Shown here: positions 1-12,127 of the stretch, piece after piece
Position numbering within the stretch: position 1 is the stretch's first letter
Layout of the letters: every line of letters starts with the position of its first letter
Assembly (NCBI GenBank): GCA_964016885.1
Contig: OZ024742.1
Location: forward strand, 306,962,001-307,026,000
From: Eledone cirrhosa
Taxonomy: Eukaryota
DNA length: 64,000 nucleotides
Reading direction: 5' to 3'
The notes under the pieces: model-generated
Told to the model about the DNA's origin: nothing
Database searches by the model: none
The model's input: only the letters and a program-made list of their open reading frames with translations
Made by a program: the position numbers and the translations under genes

Positions 1-645
1 TGTATATATGTATATATGAATACATATATGTATGTGTGTATGTATGTATATATGCATGTAGGTATTTATGTAAATATGTATTTATGTATGTACGTGTGTG
101 AGTATATATGTATGTAAGTATTTGTGTAAATATGTATATATGTTTGTATGTATGAATATATATATGTATGGATTTATGAATGTATGTATGTATGTATATA
201 TGTATGTGTGTATATATATGTATGTATATATTTGTATGTATATATGTATGTATGTGTGTGAGTATATATATATGTAAGTATGTATATATGTATGTGTGTA
301 TGTATATATCTATATATGTATGTATATATGTATGTATATATGTACGTATATATGTATGTATGTATATATGCATGTGTGTATGTATATATGTATATATATA
401 TGTATGTATATATGTATGTATATATGTATGTAAGTATGTATGTATATATGAATCTATGTATGTATGCGTATATGTATATATGAATGTATATATGTATGTG
501 TGTATGTATGTATATATGCATGTATGTATATATGTATGTAAGTATGTATTTATTTATGTGTGAGTATGTGTGTATGTAAGTATTAGTATATGTATGTATA
601 TATGTTTGCATGTATGAATGTATTTATGTATGTATATATGAATGA

Positions 646-683
<38 letters not shown>

Positions 684-856
684 ATTTATGTATCTATGTA
701 TCTATGTATATGTTTATATGTGTTTGTGTATATATGTATGCATGTATGTATGCGAATAAATGTAGATGTATGAGTGAGTGTATGTGTCAGCATTTTTGTA
801 TATTTATGTGTGTATTTTATATATATCTATATGGATGAATATATGCAAGTACACAC

Positions 857-915
<59 letters not shown>

Positions 916-1067
916 TGAGTGATGTATGTATGTGCATGAGTGAGTGTGTGTGTGGAGATATATATATATATATATTATATATGCTTATATTCATGTGCAT
1001 GTATGGATCTCTATAAGTGTCCATTCATATAAAATGCAATGCTCCCTGGCCACCTAGGTATCCCTAC

Positions 1068-1127
<60 letters not shown>

Positions 1128-1160
1128 AAATGTATATATATATATATATATATATGTATA
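1..1160. repeat. Compound (TA)n/(TG)n/(TATG)n microsatellite field
   Basis: Direct reading; ORFs here translate to YI/VC/TH repeats. Confidence 0.95.
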
Positions 1161-1745
1161 ATGAATTTAGAGCAATACAATGTTAAATGCATAGAAGCAT
1201 TTGCAATTATTTCTATATTGATTTAATTGTATGAATATATGTACGCATATATGTATATATATATATAATATATATATATATATATACACAATTAAATTAA
1301 TTCACTACAACAGTTACATAACTTGTATATGCACGTTTAGTACGCCAGTTCATCGCTACCCCGTATCATGGTCGATTGACTTCCAGAGTATCTTTTTATA
1401 TATAAAAGTTCAATGAGGAGAAGTAATTAGGTAGCATAAATTCTGCTGGATAAAGTAATGGAGAATTCTAATAAAATTTATAAAGTGTGCTAACTGAAGT
1501 TCATAGAATTGAAGATTAACGTATAAGCGTTATGGTAAGCGGCTTATCTTGTAAGAAAGTTTACCCTTCTTGAGATGTGACCAATAGCTTCAGCCCAGCC
1601 TCGGCCAATTCTACAAAACGAATTTCATTTCATGCTGGTAGTGGTTAAAGAAATCAAGATGGGTGTTCTAGCATCTCTTATTGAATGATAGGTTTCTGAG
1701 TGTATTCCACCTTTCATTAATGCATAAATATATATATGTACATAT

Positions 1746-2562
1746 GTACCTATATATTCTATTCTATTCTAAGGCGGGTAAAATTCCCGAGATCCATGGA
1801 CGAGTTCTCTCCAGCGGTCTCTGTCCCTCATTATCGCTGCCATGTCCTGCGTCTCCAACAGACCAGTGTCTGTCCTTAGAGCATCAACATACGTGAACCT
1901 TGGTCTTCCTCTTCTAGTGTGTCCATGTAGGGGCTCCCAAAAGGAGCACTGAGTGCAATGTCAACTCTGGATGTCGGTGAGCATGTCCAGCTAACCTCAG
2001 TCTCCTCGGTGTCACTTTTGAGCTGACTTTTGGGATGCTCCCATACAGCTCTGAGTTTTTCATCCTCAGTGTATACTGATTAATGTTCAGAGCCATCCTC
2101 AGCATTCTCGTGTAGCACCCATCCACCATCTGAGTGAGTTTCTTGGTCAGTGTCCAAGTCTCAGACCCATGTAAGGAGAGCTGGATGATCATCAACGAGA
2201 TCACAGGGAGGAGGAGAAGGTGTTCGAGTCAGATCCAGGGAACGGGGCCCGAGGATAGGAAGAGGAAATGGCTAGACCATTTTAGGACCCTACTAGGAGA
2301 GCCACCCTCCACAGCCCAGAGCACTGGGGAGATCAGGCGGCTGTTTGGGGAACTGGATGTTGAGACAGAGCCCTTCACCAGAGAGGAACTTCAGAGAGCC
2401 AAGAAGAGGATCAAGGAGGGCAAGGCTCATGGAGACGATGGAGTGGCATCAGAGGTGATGAAGAGGTGTGATTTTGATGATATCATCCTGGGGTTCTGTA
2501 ACGGGTCACTGGAGAAAGGAGTTGCCCTGAATCAGTGGAGGATCAGTAACATCGTCCCAGTA

Positions 2563-2571
<9 letters not shown>
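1746..2571 (-). mobile_element. RTE/RTE-X LINE, 5'-truncated with 5' inversion, flanked by a 12-bp TSD
   Basis: Minus 2180->1914 encodes the post-RT region (LHGSETWTLTK..DGCYTRMLRMALN..RRLRLAGH). Plus 2175-2565 encodes the RT N-terminus (EPFTREELQRAKK..GKAHGDDG..WRISNIVPVP). (TAGAA)n tail at ~1755-1772; GTACCTATATAT at 1746-1757 and 2560-2571. Confidence 0.88.
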
Positions 2572-2626
<55 letters not shown>

Positions 2627-2704
2627 GGAGGTGAGTTTTATTGTAGTACAATAAAGCAATGCAGATATCGGATAAGAAGCACTCTACAGTTTGTAGGACT
2701 GGAG

Positions 2705-4493
2705 TATATATAATATATAAGATCAAAAGATGGTTAAATGAATTCCATGTATTTTATTATGCGCATTTCAAAAACAAATATCATCATGCAATAACATTTG
2801 TGTTTTCATCAGATAAAATAGGAAGACATGATATGAAGGTTAAAAACAACTTGTGGATAGTGCAGTTTTAAATTAACATATGAAAAGTAGTTTTAGATTG
2901 ATGTGTGATATTGGGGAATATTTTTTTTTGAGGGGGTGGGGGTGGAAAGGATGAAAAAGAGGAGGAGATGAGAGTAAAAAGTGGAGGGGGAGGAGTATAA
3001 TGAGGAAGGATGAGATAGGAGGAAAGATGGGTGATAGAGAGAGAGAGATAGCTTTTATAACTGAGAAAAATATATTGTTTTACATAGAAAGGTTGGAAAA
3101 CCGTTGGAAGATAATGTATAAATTAAAAGAATTTGAAAATTAACGAAGAGAAAAATAATGTAAAGTTAAGGTTTGTATATTGAAGGGTTTAATAATATGT
3201 GCGATGAAAAGAAATTGTTAATATGTATTAAGAATAATATTTAAGGGTTTAATAATATGTGCGATGGAAAGAAAATGTTAATATGTATTAAGAATAATAT
3301 TTAAGGGTTTAATAATATGTGCGATGGAAAGAAAATGTTGATATGTATTATTAAAAAAAAAAAAAGTAATGTAAGTAAGGATATATTGTGAGATGAGCAT
3401 GAATAAGTTAGATGAAAGGGAGAAAAAATAATGAATTGAGGATGAATAATCTAACGTAAAAAAAAAATAAAAAAATAAAAATAAAAAAATGTTTATGTTT
3501 ACGAAGGATTTTTTTAAGGTGATATAAAGTAAGAATATAGTGTATTGTGTAATAATTGTTTCTATGTTATGCACAGTGAAAAAAGGTACAGATTAGGGGT
3601 TAGAAATTAAAAGAAAAAGAAAAGAAAAGGAAAAGGAAGAAAGGGAAGTGATAAATAGGAGTGATATAGAATATAATAAATAACTTTGAAATAAGGTAGA
3701 AAGATGGGTATATTTTTAAAGAATATATATATATATTTTAAGAATATATATATATATATATATGTGCCTTTGAGAAAATGGATTCTGAATTGATAAAATT
3801 TAGGATATTAGCTGTATACTTTATGGGAAGTTCTGTGGAATTTATGCAAGCAGAGAGAAAACAAGTCAGTGCGTCTATTTATTATAGAATCTATAATATT
3901 ATTAAACCCTTAAATATTATTCTTAATACATATTAACATTTTCTTTCCATCGCACATATTATTAAACCCTTAAATATTATTCTTAATACATATTAACAAT
4001 TTCTTTTCATCGCACATATTATTAAACCCTTCAATATACAAACCTTAACTTTACATTATTTTTCTCTTCGTTAATTTTCAAATTCTTTTAATTTATACAT
4101 TATCTTCCAACGGTTTTTCAACCTCTCTATGTAAAACAATATATTTTTCTCAGTTATAAAAGCTATCTCTTTCTCTCTATCACCCATCTCTCCTCCTATC
4201 TCATCCTTCCTCATTATACTCCTCCCCCTCCACTTTTTACTCTCATCTCCTCCTCTTTTTCATCCTTTCCACCCCCACCCCCTCAAAAAAAAATATTCCC
4301 CAATATCACACATCAATCTAAAACTACTTTTCATATGTTGATTTAAAACTGCACTGTCCACAAGTGTTTTTAACCTTCATATCATGTCTTCCTATTTTAT
4401 CTGATGAAAACACAAATGTTATTGCATGATGATATTTGTTTTTGAAATACGCATAATAAAATACATGGAACTCATTTAACCATCTTTTGATCT

Positions 4494-4508
<15 letters not shown>
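2705..4508. mobile_element. Foldback-like element: ~610-bp near-identical inverted arms (2705-3318 / 3896-4508) around a ~580-bp AT-rich spacer
   Basis: gatcaaaagatggttaaatg.. at 2721 is the reverse complement of ..catttaaccatcttttgatc ending ~4492, and the match runs inward with few mismatches; ends embedded in (TA)n. Confidence 0.85.
3181..3350 (+). repeat. 60-bp tandem repeat, ~3 copies, mirrored at 3896-4031
   Basis: aagggtttaataatatgtgcgatg.. recurs at 3183, 3243 and 3303. Confidence 0.9.
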
Positions 4509-4526
<18 letters not shown>

Positions 4527-4538
4527 AGTGTTTGTGTA

Positions 4539-4585
<47 letters not shown>

Positions 4586-4691
4586 TAACTTCTCTTTATT
4601 ATTGGAACGCTGCAGGTTAAATAAGTTGAGTTCGCTAAACGAAACGCATTTTCCAGCGTTTGCCAATGTCTTCTTTGTGGTATGAAATTTA

Positions 4692-4775
4692 ATTGTTTCT
4701 ACGTTAGGCACAAGGCCACCAATTACCCAGTGTATTACTGGTACTTTACTTTATCGACCCTGTAGTATGAAATTT
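4692..4775 (-). mobile_element. 3' fragment of the tRNA-derived SINE family
   Basis: Reverse complement contains gggtcgataaagtaaagtaccag and the tail ggccttgtgcctaacgtagaaac. Confidence 0.65.
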
Positions 4776-4777
4776 AA

Positions 4778-4812
<35 letters not shown>

Positions 4813-4923
4813 TGATATTGACGGACGTGAGAATCAGTATTCAATACCAAAGTAGAGTTTAAATATTCGATATTATGCCTTAGTGTTTACTCTGGAGTTT
4901 GACGAGCACATCAAAACAAGACT

Positions 4924-4987
4924 GCTACCTAATGATCCTGTCAGTACGCAGGTGAAACTTTAGTGTAACAAAACTCATTACTTAGCT
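4924..4987 (+). ncRNA. Degenerate Penelope-type hammerhead motif; related copy on the minus strand at ~24508-24560
   Basis: CUAAUGA-U-CCUG..CAGG-U-GAAAC-UUUAGU-GUA; core mutated from CUGA to CUAA; downstream taacaa.actca..tagc shared with the 24.5-kb copy. Confidence 0.4.
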
Positions 4988-5117
4988 ATTATATATACAT
5001 ATGTGTGTGTGTGTGTGTGTGTGTGCGTGCGTGTGTGTGTGTGTGTATGTGTGTGAGTATAAATCTATATATAAATTAAGTGACATATATACGAATATAT
5101 ATATATATAAATATTTA

Positions 5118-5202
<85 letters not shown>

Positions 5203-5797
5203 CTTATATGTATACATATATATATGTGTGTGTGTGTGTGTGTGTCTGTGTGTGTGTGTGTGTGTGTGTATACGTTTATAAACATATGTGTATATGCATT
5301 AATGTGTGTTTTTAAATGGAGGGTAATGTGTCTTTGTAAAATGGAGGTAATCATCCGAATATATGCATCATGATATTGTACTTTTATATCGTCCCTTCCT
5401 TTCCCTTGGCCCCATTTTAAGTTCCTTGTGCCAGTACTTCCGGTTATATGCAGCTCTTCATTTATAAGTGTCCTTCTATTGAACTCCCTACTCTCTCTTT
5501 CGCATCACCGGATCTTATTCCAACCTTTATAGCTTCCTCTATATTTCATTATCCTTGTCATTAGGTCGTTTATATTTCTGTGTTGATGTGTAGGGAAGAA
5601 AAATTCAGATTAACTGAAGATAGGTGCAAGGGATTCTTACTCCTTCTTTAGTCTGACACATCTGTTTATCTATCTAACTATCTAGCTAACTACACATCTG
5701 TCTGTATATCTATCTACCTAACTTGCTCATTCTCTCTCTCCCTCTCTGTCATACAGAGATAGAGAGAGTGTGTCGGATATATATGTAAAAATGTGTG

Positions 5798-5844
<47 letters not shown>

Positions 5845-5930
5845 CCCTATGTTTGCATCTATGTATATGTGCATGTATTTAGGTATGCATATATACCTAT
5901 GTATACATTTATGTATGTATGTATGTGCGC

Positions 5931-6200
5931 AGGGACATGGAAATACTCGGTTTGGTGCCAGTGCTAGGTTAACTACTGGGAGTGAGAGACTCATGGGTCC
6001 TTGTTAAGATATCCTTCAAGGAGAAGAAAAACACTTATGTAAAATCTGAGACTCTATGGCAGCCGATGTTCTTCTTTTGTGGTACCTGTCACCATCGTTC
6101 AGAGTGCGATTGGTCCAGTGCAAGGCCTTTCTTCACTTAAAAAAGCTTTAACCTCAGTCGTCACTTGATCTAAATATCCTTCTCATATGTAGCATGAACA
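5931..6200 (+). mobile_element. RTE 5'UTR-like fragment
   Basis: ggagaagaaaaacac..gatgttcttctttt..gcctttcttcacttaaaaaagctt resembles 10296-10440. Confidence 0.45.
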
Positions 6201-6384
6201 TGACCGGCCATAGCCGAAAAAGCCTTATTTATTCATATATTCTTTTTTTTTTTTTCGTTGCAGTATATGTAGAATATGTAGTAAGTTATGTAAGTCCTTA
6301 GAAGTGTTAAACATAATCGTGACATCCATGTTTGTGAAATCGATATTCAGCCATTATGTTTATATGTATGTATTATCTCTTTCT

Positions 6385-6712
6385 CTTAATTTTGAGTATA
6401 TTTTTGACCGACCACTTTCCTGGCTATCGCAGCCATTTGTAGACTATGAATTAGGGAGCTGCGCTCTTTGTCTGCAAATCCAAGTTCAGTTATACATTGG
6501 ACCAAGCTCCAATAATGATGGGTATGAAGCTAAAGGTGTATCTTGGATACTGGATTTGTAAACTCCTCATCAATGGTCCGTAGATGTCCTCCTTCTCCTG
6601 TATTTTTATGACAACGTTTACATCAAGTGAGCAGCTGATCTCCACAACAGAACACGTTTTCAATGTGTGGTCCCAAACAACAATATCAGGCCGGCTGTGC
6701 TTTAATTTGGTT
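6385..6712 (-). mobile_element. 3' fragment of an RLE-type (R4/NeSL-like) non-LTR element, not in the ORF track
   Basis: Manual minus-strand translation KLKHSRPDIVVWDHTLKTCSVVEISCSLDVNVVIKIQEKEDIYGPL..FIPIIIGA matches a PD-(D/E)xK RLE endonuclease. Confidence 0.8.
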
Positions 6713-6982
6713 AGGTATGTATGTATGTAGGTTTAAATGTATGTATGTATATACGTATGTACGTATAAATGTATATATGTATGTATGCATGTATGTATGC
6801 ATGTATGTATGTATGTATGCAGTACGTTTATTAAAAAGAAAGCGCTCGCTAGGGTTCGGTGAACATTTTTTTTTCATTCGTGAGTGTATATTTACAACGT
6901 TGTTGACATATCTATCTATCAAAAAACAGATATACAATTAGCTATAGCAGTATATTCACAAACTCACACACACGCACGCACG

Positions 6983-7101
<119 letters not shown>

Positions 7102-7238
7102 CTAGCAATTACAAGGCCTGTAATTTATATATATATGTGTGTGTGTGTGTCTGGTAAATTTATAAAAAAGCACCCGGTGGGGTTGGGTGATAAATATCTT
7201 TGTATTTTTGGCTATCTCTCTACAACAGATAGGTTATA

Positions 7239-7351
<113 letters not shown>

Positions 7352-7356
7352 TTAAA

Positions 7357-7543
7357 TATAACAAAGGAATTGTGTTAAGGAACCAGATGGACCATAACGC
7401 ACCAGAGTACTCAATACTTAGGGTAGTAGAGTGGGAAATAGGAAAAAGTATGACCCCTACGGCAGAACTCAAGCCGACGGCTATTTCCAGAAATAGCCGT
7501 CGAAATGGCTTGAGCTCTGCCGTCGGGGTCATACTTTTTCCTA

Positions 7544-7544
<1 letters not shown>
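7357..7544 (-). mobile_element. Penelope-like palindromic element, copy 1 of 3, in (TA)n
   Basis: Hairpin at ~7438-7544 plus an ~80-bp unique tail; same family as 18457-18656 and 58902-59112. Confidence 0.7.
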
Positions 7545-7605
<61 letters not shown>

Positions 7606-7610
<5 letters not shown>

Positions 7611-8109
7611 AAGTGTCCCGCATGGCTAAAGTCATAAGAAATGAATACTAAAGGATGGGAGAAGACAACTGAAAAACGAACGAAACAGGACAGTCGCTTT
7701 TCATCAGATGACTGTACGTTGTTTCCGTGCTTAAAGCTATACAACTAGCTCTAATGCACATGGGACAATAACAAATGAACACAAGATGAGACGATTGATC
7801 TTTCCACTATTTACAAACGAGATAAAATTTGCTAAAAACCAATGCGCTATAAATGAAAACAAGAGATAGAAACAAAGCGTAACATATTATTAGCCAAAAA
7901 GAAAAAGTGTGCACAGAAGACGAAGTGAGAAGAGAAGATGGAAGAGGCAGAGAGTATACAAACAATTTTTTTTAAATGTGTTCGGTTCGTTTGGACGTTA
8001 GTCTTATATAGACAGACAACGAGCAGAGAAAGAAAGCGAGAGAGAGAGGCGGCTAACTGAGATAGGACATTCATTTTGTATGATTTTAGCCACGCGGGAT
8101 ACGTTTTCA
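7606..8109. mobile_element. MITE with ~41-bp imperfect TIRs
   Basis: tgaaaaagtgtcccgcatggctaaagtcataagaaatgaat versus the reverse complement of 8069-8109, tgaaaacgtatcccgcgtggctaaaatcatacaaaatgaat. Confidence 0.7.
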
Positions 8110-8194
8110 AATTGCTATATATTTATTTTACACCGCCTCCGTTCTCTGTGTGTTCTTCTCTTTCTTTTCTCTTGACCAGTTGAAAGTGAGTTTT

Positions 8195-8420
8195 GCCAAG
8201 GGTCTTTGGAGTAATGTTACTCGGTAGGATGCGTAACTCAGAGATCAGGGGGAGACGCCGCTTCTCTGAATCGAGAGATCACAGCTCTGGTACTATGAAC
8301 ATGTGATTAGAATGACTTAATAAAGAATCGCTGGACAGATTTTTCGTGTAAAACCAAACGACAGGAAATCCAGAGGTAGACCACGAGCAAGATGGTTTGA
8401 TAACATCCATGAGCTTATTC
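8195..8420 (+). mobile_element. Degraded RTE-clade LINE 3' fragment, same family as 59490-59720
   Basis: agaggtagaccacgagcaagatggtttgataacatccatgagc translates to RGRPRARWFDNIHE, the RTE C-terminal motif. Confidence 0.65.
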
Positions 8421-9839
8421 TCTCCTCATATAACTATGACTACAAAAGGAGCTTTATAACAGTCACTTGCCTTAAATCGTTTAATGTGCGCTGCATTTGC
8501 ATAAATATTTATTATTTAATTAATTACGTTACCCAGCGTAGTGAATGAGGTAATACTTCCTATATTTATAATGAAGTTTCTTATTTAAAAACCTGTATTA
8601 AACATCCTTTCAATATTCATTAATGTGTGGGAGGAAGCATTATAATAATGGATATCGTTATCAAAGTGTTATTGTTATGAAAATTAGTCACATGATGGTG
8701 TTAAACTGGGCGACAATAGAAGTCTAACATCTAAGAACAACTATAGTCCAGCCGAATGAATTCCTCGCTTTTTCTGTTAACTTAATTCGTCTCATAAAGA
8801 TTAGCTTGATTCGAGGGTATTAGAGAAACTACACACCCACTATTTTGAGAAGTAACATTGAACCCCGATTTACGAGTCTGTAAATCGAACTACTAAACAT
8901 AATGAGAATAATATTTCTTAATCAACATATTTCAATTAGATTATATAATGTCTGCAAATAAAAAAATGTATTAGCGAAAGTAAAGGAAAGGAGAGGGAGA
9001 TGTAGATTCTACACGCCAATCTTGGAGATGTATCTCAGTTGCACCACGCGGACAAAAGGACGAAGGCATTGCCACAGATAACAGTCAGCGACACTCTCTG
9101 CATCATCCACTCTACCCCATGGAGATCCTTCCTTAGACAGAATGCACCCCACCCACATTTGCGGGGTGGGGGGGGGGGGCTATTAGGGAATGGGGAATAT
9201 GAGAGGTCTCTATGGTAACCTGTAAGAAAAGGAAGTGATCGGTTAATCCCGGTTTGCTTTTTGTGTACATCAGAGCATATGTGTTCATTGTAAAGTTTGT
9301 GTCGACATGAAAATAAATCCATGTTTTTATGTGTGTCTGATAAACAGAAAGAAATAGTCGGGAATAAAGGCAAAGAAAAATGTGTATGAAGCATACGCAG
9401 TTGTCCTCCCCACACTTCACCAGTTGCCTCCCTTACATGCAGCTGCAGTAGCCTGTATAACAGTTTGTTATGGGAATGCAAAACACCTATTACACACGGA
9501 CACACAGTCACAGAAAGATAATTCAACTAAAATTCTGCATCATTGAGTCGGTCAACAAAACAACGCATTCTTTTATTCTATTGGCTACGATGTAAGCGAC
9601 TATATGAATTTATGTATACTTGCAGATATCTAAATATGGTTAAGGAGTTCACCTCGCAACTACGTGGTTCTAGGTTCATTCTTGCTGCATTGAACCTTTC
9701 GAAAGTATCTTCTATTATATGTGAATGGAATTTGGTAGACAGTGACACAATAAGCCTTTCATGTGTGTGTATGTATGTATATAAGTATGTATGTACGTAT
9801 GTATGTACGTATGTATGCATGTATGTATATATGTGACGA

Positions 9840-9950
9840 CAAGTCGCTGGGTGGACTAAAAAGTCACACTCGTTCAGCGCATCGGTAGGGGTTCTCCTAC
9901 ATGGATATAAAGTAGTGGCCGTACTCGAAAACGAGTTGGCAGCCACGATG
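9840..9950 (+). mobile_element. ~107-bp 5'-truncated copy of the RTE 3' end seen at 10556-10661
   Basis: Near-identical direct repeat followed by a (TATG)/(TA) tail. Confidence 0.8.
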
Positions 9951-10049
9951 TATATATATATATGTATGTATATATGTATATATGTATATATATATGTATG
10001 TATCTATATATGTATGTGTATATGTATGTATGTATATATATATATGTAT

Positions 10050-10665
10050 GTCAGGTCACCAGTTGGTGCTACTGGTAACATGTATCCCAGTACAACCTGT
10101 CTCATGGTCGGGTCGTTGGCGACTAAACTGGCAACCCCACCAAGGTTTCTTGGTGAGGAGGGTGACTTTGGAGGAGGGTGACCTGCAGGACTAAAAACAA
10201 AACCTGTCAAAGGGCAAAGGAGCTCTTAAGAGTCAATGGCCATCCAAAATCACCGGGAGAGATGACCCCTTAGCCTTTGTCAAGGCAGGATTCTAGGAGA
10301 AGGAAAACTCTGATATAACACCTGCAACCCTGATGGTATCCAATGATGTTGACTTGTTCTTCTTTTTGGTAAATATAATCTTGGTTAAGAGAGTGGGACT
10401 GGCTTTGTGCAGTGCCTTTGCTCACTATAAAAGCTTCACGGCACAGGCATTGCTTTATATCTGGAGATCTCTCTGCACTTGTTGTCACATGGTACCATGG
10501 GCCCAGCACTATGTGTCAATATTTGTCACAAGTGTAGTGTTTGTACCAGAGTTTTCAAGTCGCTGGCTGGACTAAAATGTCACACTCGTTCAGCGCATCG
10601 GTAGGGGTTCTCCTACATGGATATAAAGTAGTGGCCGTACTCGAAAACGAGTTGGCAGCCATCAT
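10050..10665 (+). mobile_element. Non-autonomous, internally deleted RTE (5'UTR joined to the 3' end)
   Basis: RTE 5'UTR-type motif ggagaaggaaaactctga at ~10296; the 3' part encodes the C2H2 finger CSVCTRVFKSLAGLKCHTRSAHR*, then ctcgaaaacgag hairpin and tail. Confidence 0.65.
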
Positions 10666-11688
10666 ATATATATATGTATGTACGTATGTATGCCTTATTG
10701 ATTTATGTATGTGTGTATACGTGTGTCTGTATATCAGTAAGTATGTATGTATATATGTATGTAAGTATGTATGTAAGTATGTATGTAAAAAGACTCCCTT
10801 CGGTCACAAGTGAGCATAGGATTTGCACCTGACAGTTCATTTCCGAGTTACGTGAAGTGGAGCAACGTGAGACAAAGTGTGATGCTCAATGACACAATTA
10901 ACCGCCCTGCCAGGGAATTGAACCCACAATCTCAATATTCTAAGCCTAACGCTCTAAACACTAAGACACGCGTATTTACGTATATACATATGTATATGGA
11001 AAATGTGTAAGATCCTTGGTATAGTTAGGTATATTTGAAAAAAAGGAAAAGAATGACTTCACTTGTAGTGTTAAAAAATTTGATGATTTAATATAATATA
11101 ATAATATTATGAGTTGGTAGATCCAGTAAGTTCTTCGGTGGGAAGAATTTTTGAGATTCCTGGTTAACTTGGGTTGGAGAACTTTCTCGCATTCGTCTGT
11201 CTGTGGCGATTGACAGACGAATGCGAGAATGAGTCCACTGCTTCATCCTGGAGACGAATGCTTAAAACACAACTTACCCTTTATTCAGGGTGCGAAAATC
11301 CAGTATCAATAAATCTCTTTAATCCACTTTTTAACAATTTTATACTTTATTGCACTTTTATAATTTTCTTTAGGTATTACTCTTTATTTTATAATTTTAA
11401 TTTAACCTGAAACATATATAAAAAAAATCATTTAACATAAGCAAATTAAACTTACATACAACGTAAAATCCAGCATACAAATAATTCTAGTGAATAGCTT
11501 AGAATTTTTACAAACCCAAACTTTTAACTGTTTAATAGCACTTTTTTTTATTTATTTGGGACCTAAGCAACACAAAAAAGTTATTACAAGCCAGGATCAG
11601 AGAAAAAAAATTTTTTGTTACACTGTGTTATTAGTAAGAATTCATCTCCAGTGTCGTTAAATGTTAAATTCAACAATATTGGTAATAT

Positions 11689-11875
11689 CGATCGACCTCC
11701 GTCGGTTTCGAAGTTGAGTATTGCAGCTGTTCAATCAAGGAAACAGCCGGCTCGTGAAATGAACTTTTAAGTAGGTGAGCAACCCACAGGCATGTGCACC
11801 CTGTAGGTAATTCTCAGGAAAATTCAATGTGACACATTTAGTAACAAGGCTGACCTTTTCAATTTCAGGTACTGG
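11689..11875 (+). repeat. Interspersed SINE-like repeat; diverged second copy at ~13079-13255
   Basis: Shared ctccgtcggtttcga..gatcaa.ggaac..tgaaat.aac..gtaatt.tcagg blocks. Confidence 0.55.
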
Positions 11876-11973
11876 TGTACAAGCCAGTGTGAAGTCTTAT
11901 ACTCACGGTTGTTTAAAGCGTCCTGAAATCGGAATGGTGGTACATTCGTCCACGCTTTCTCTCGCTCAGTTCA

Positions 11974-12127
<154 letters not shown>

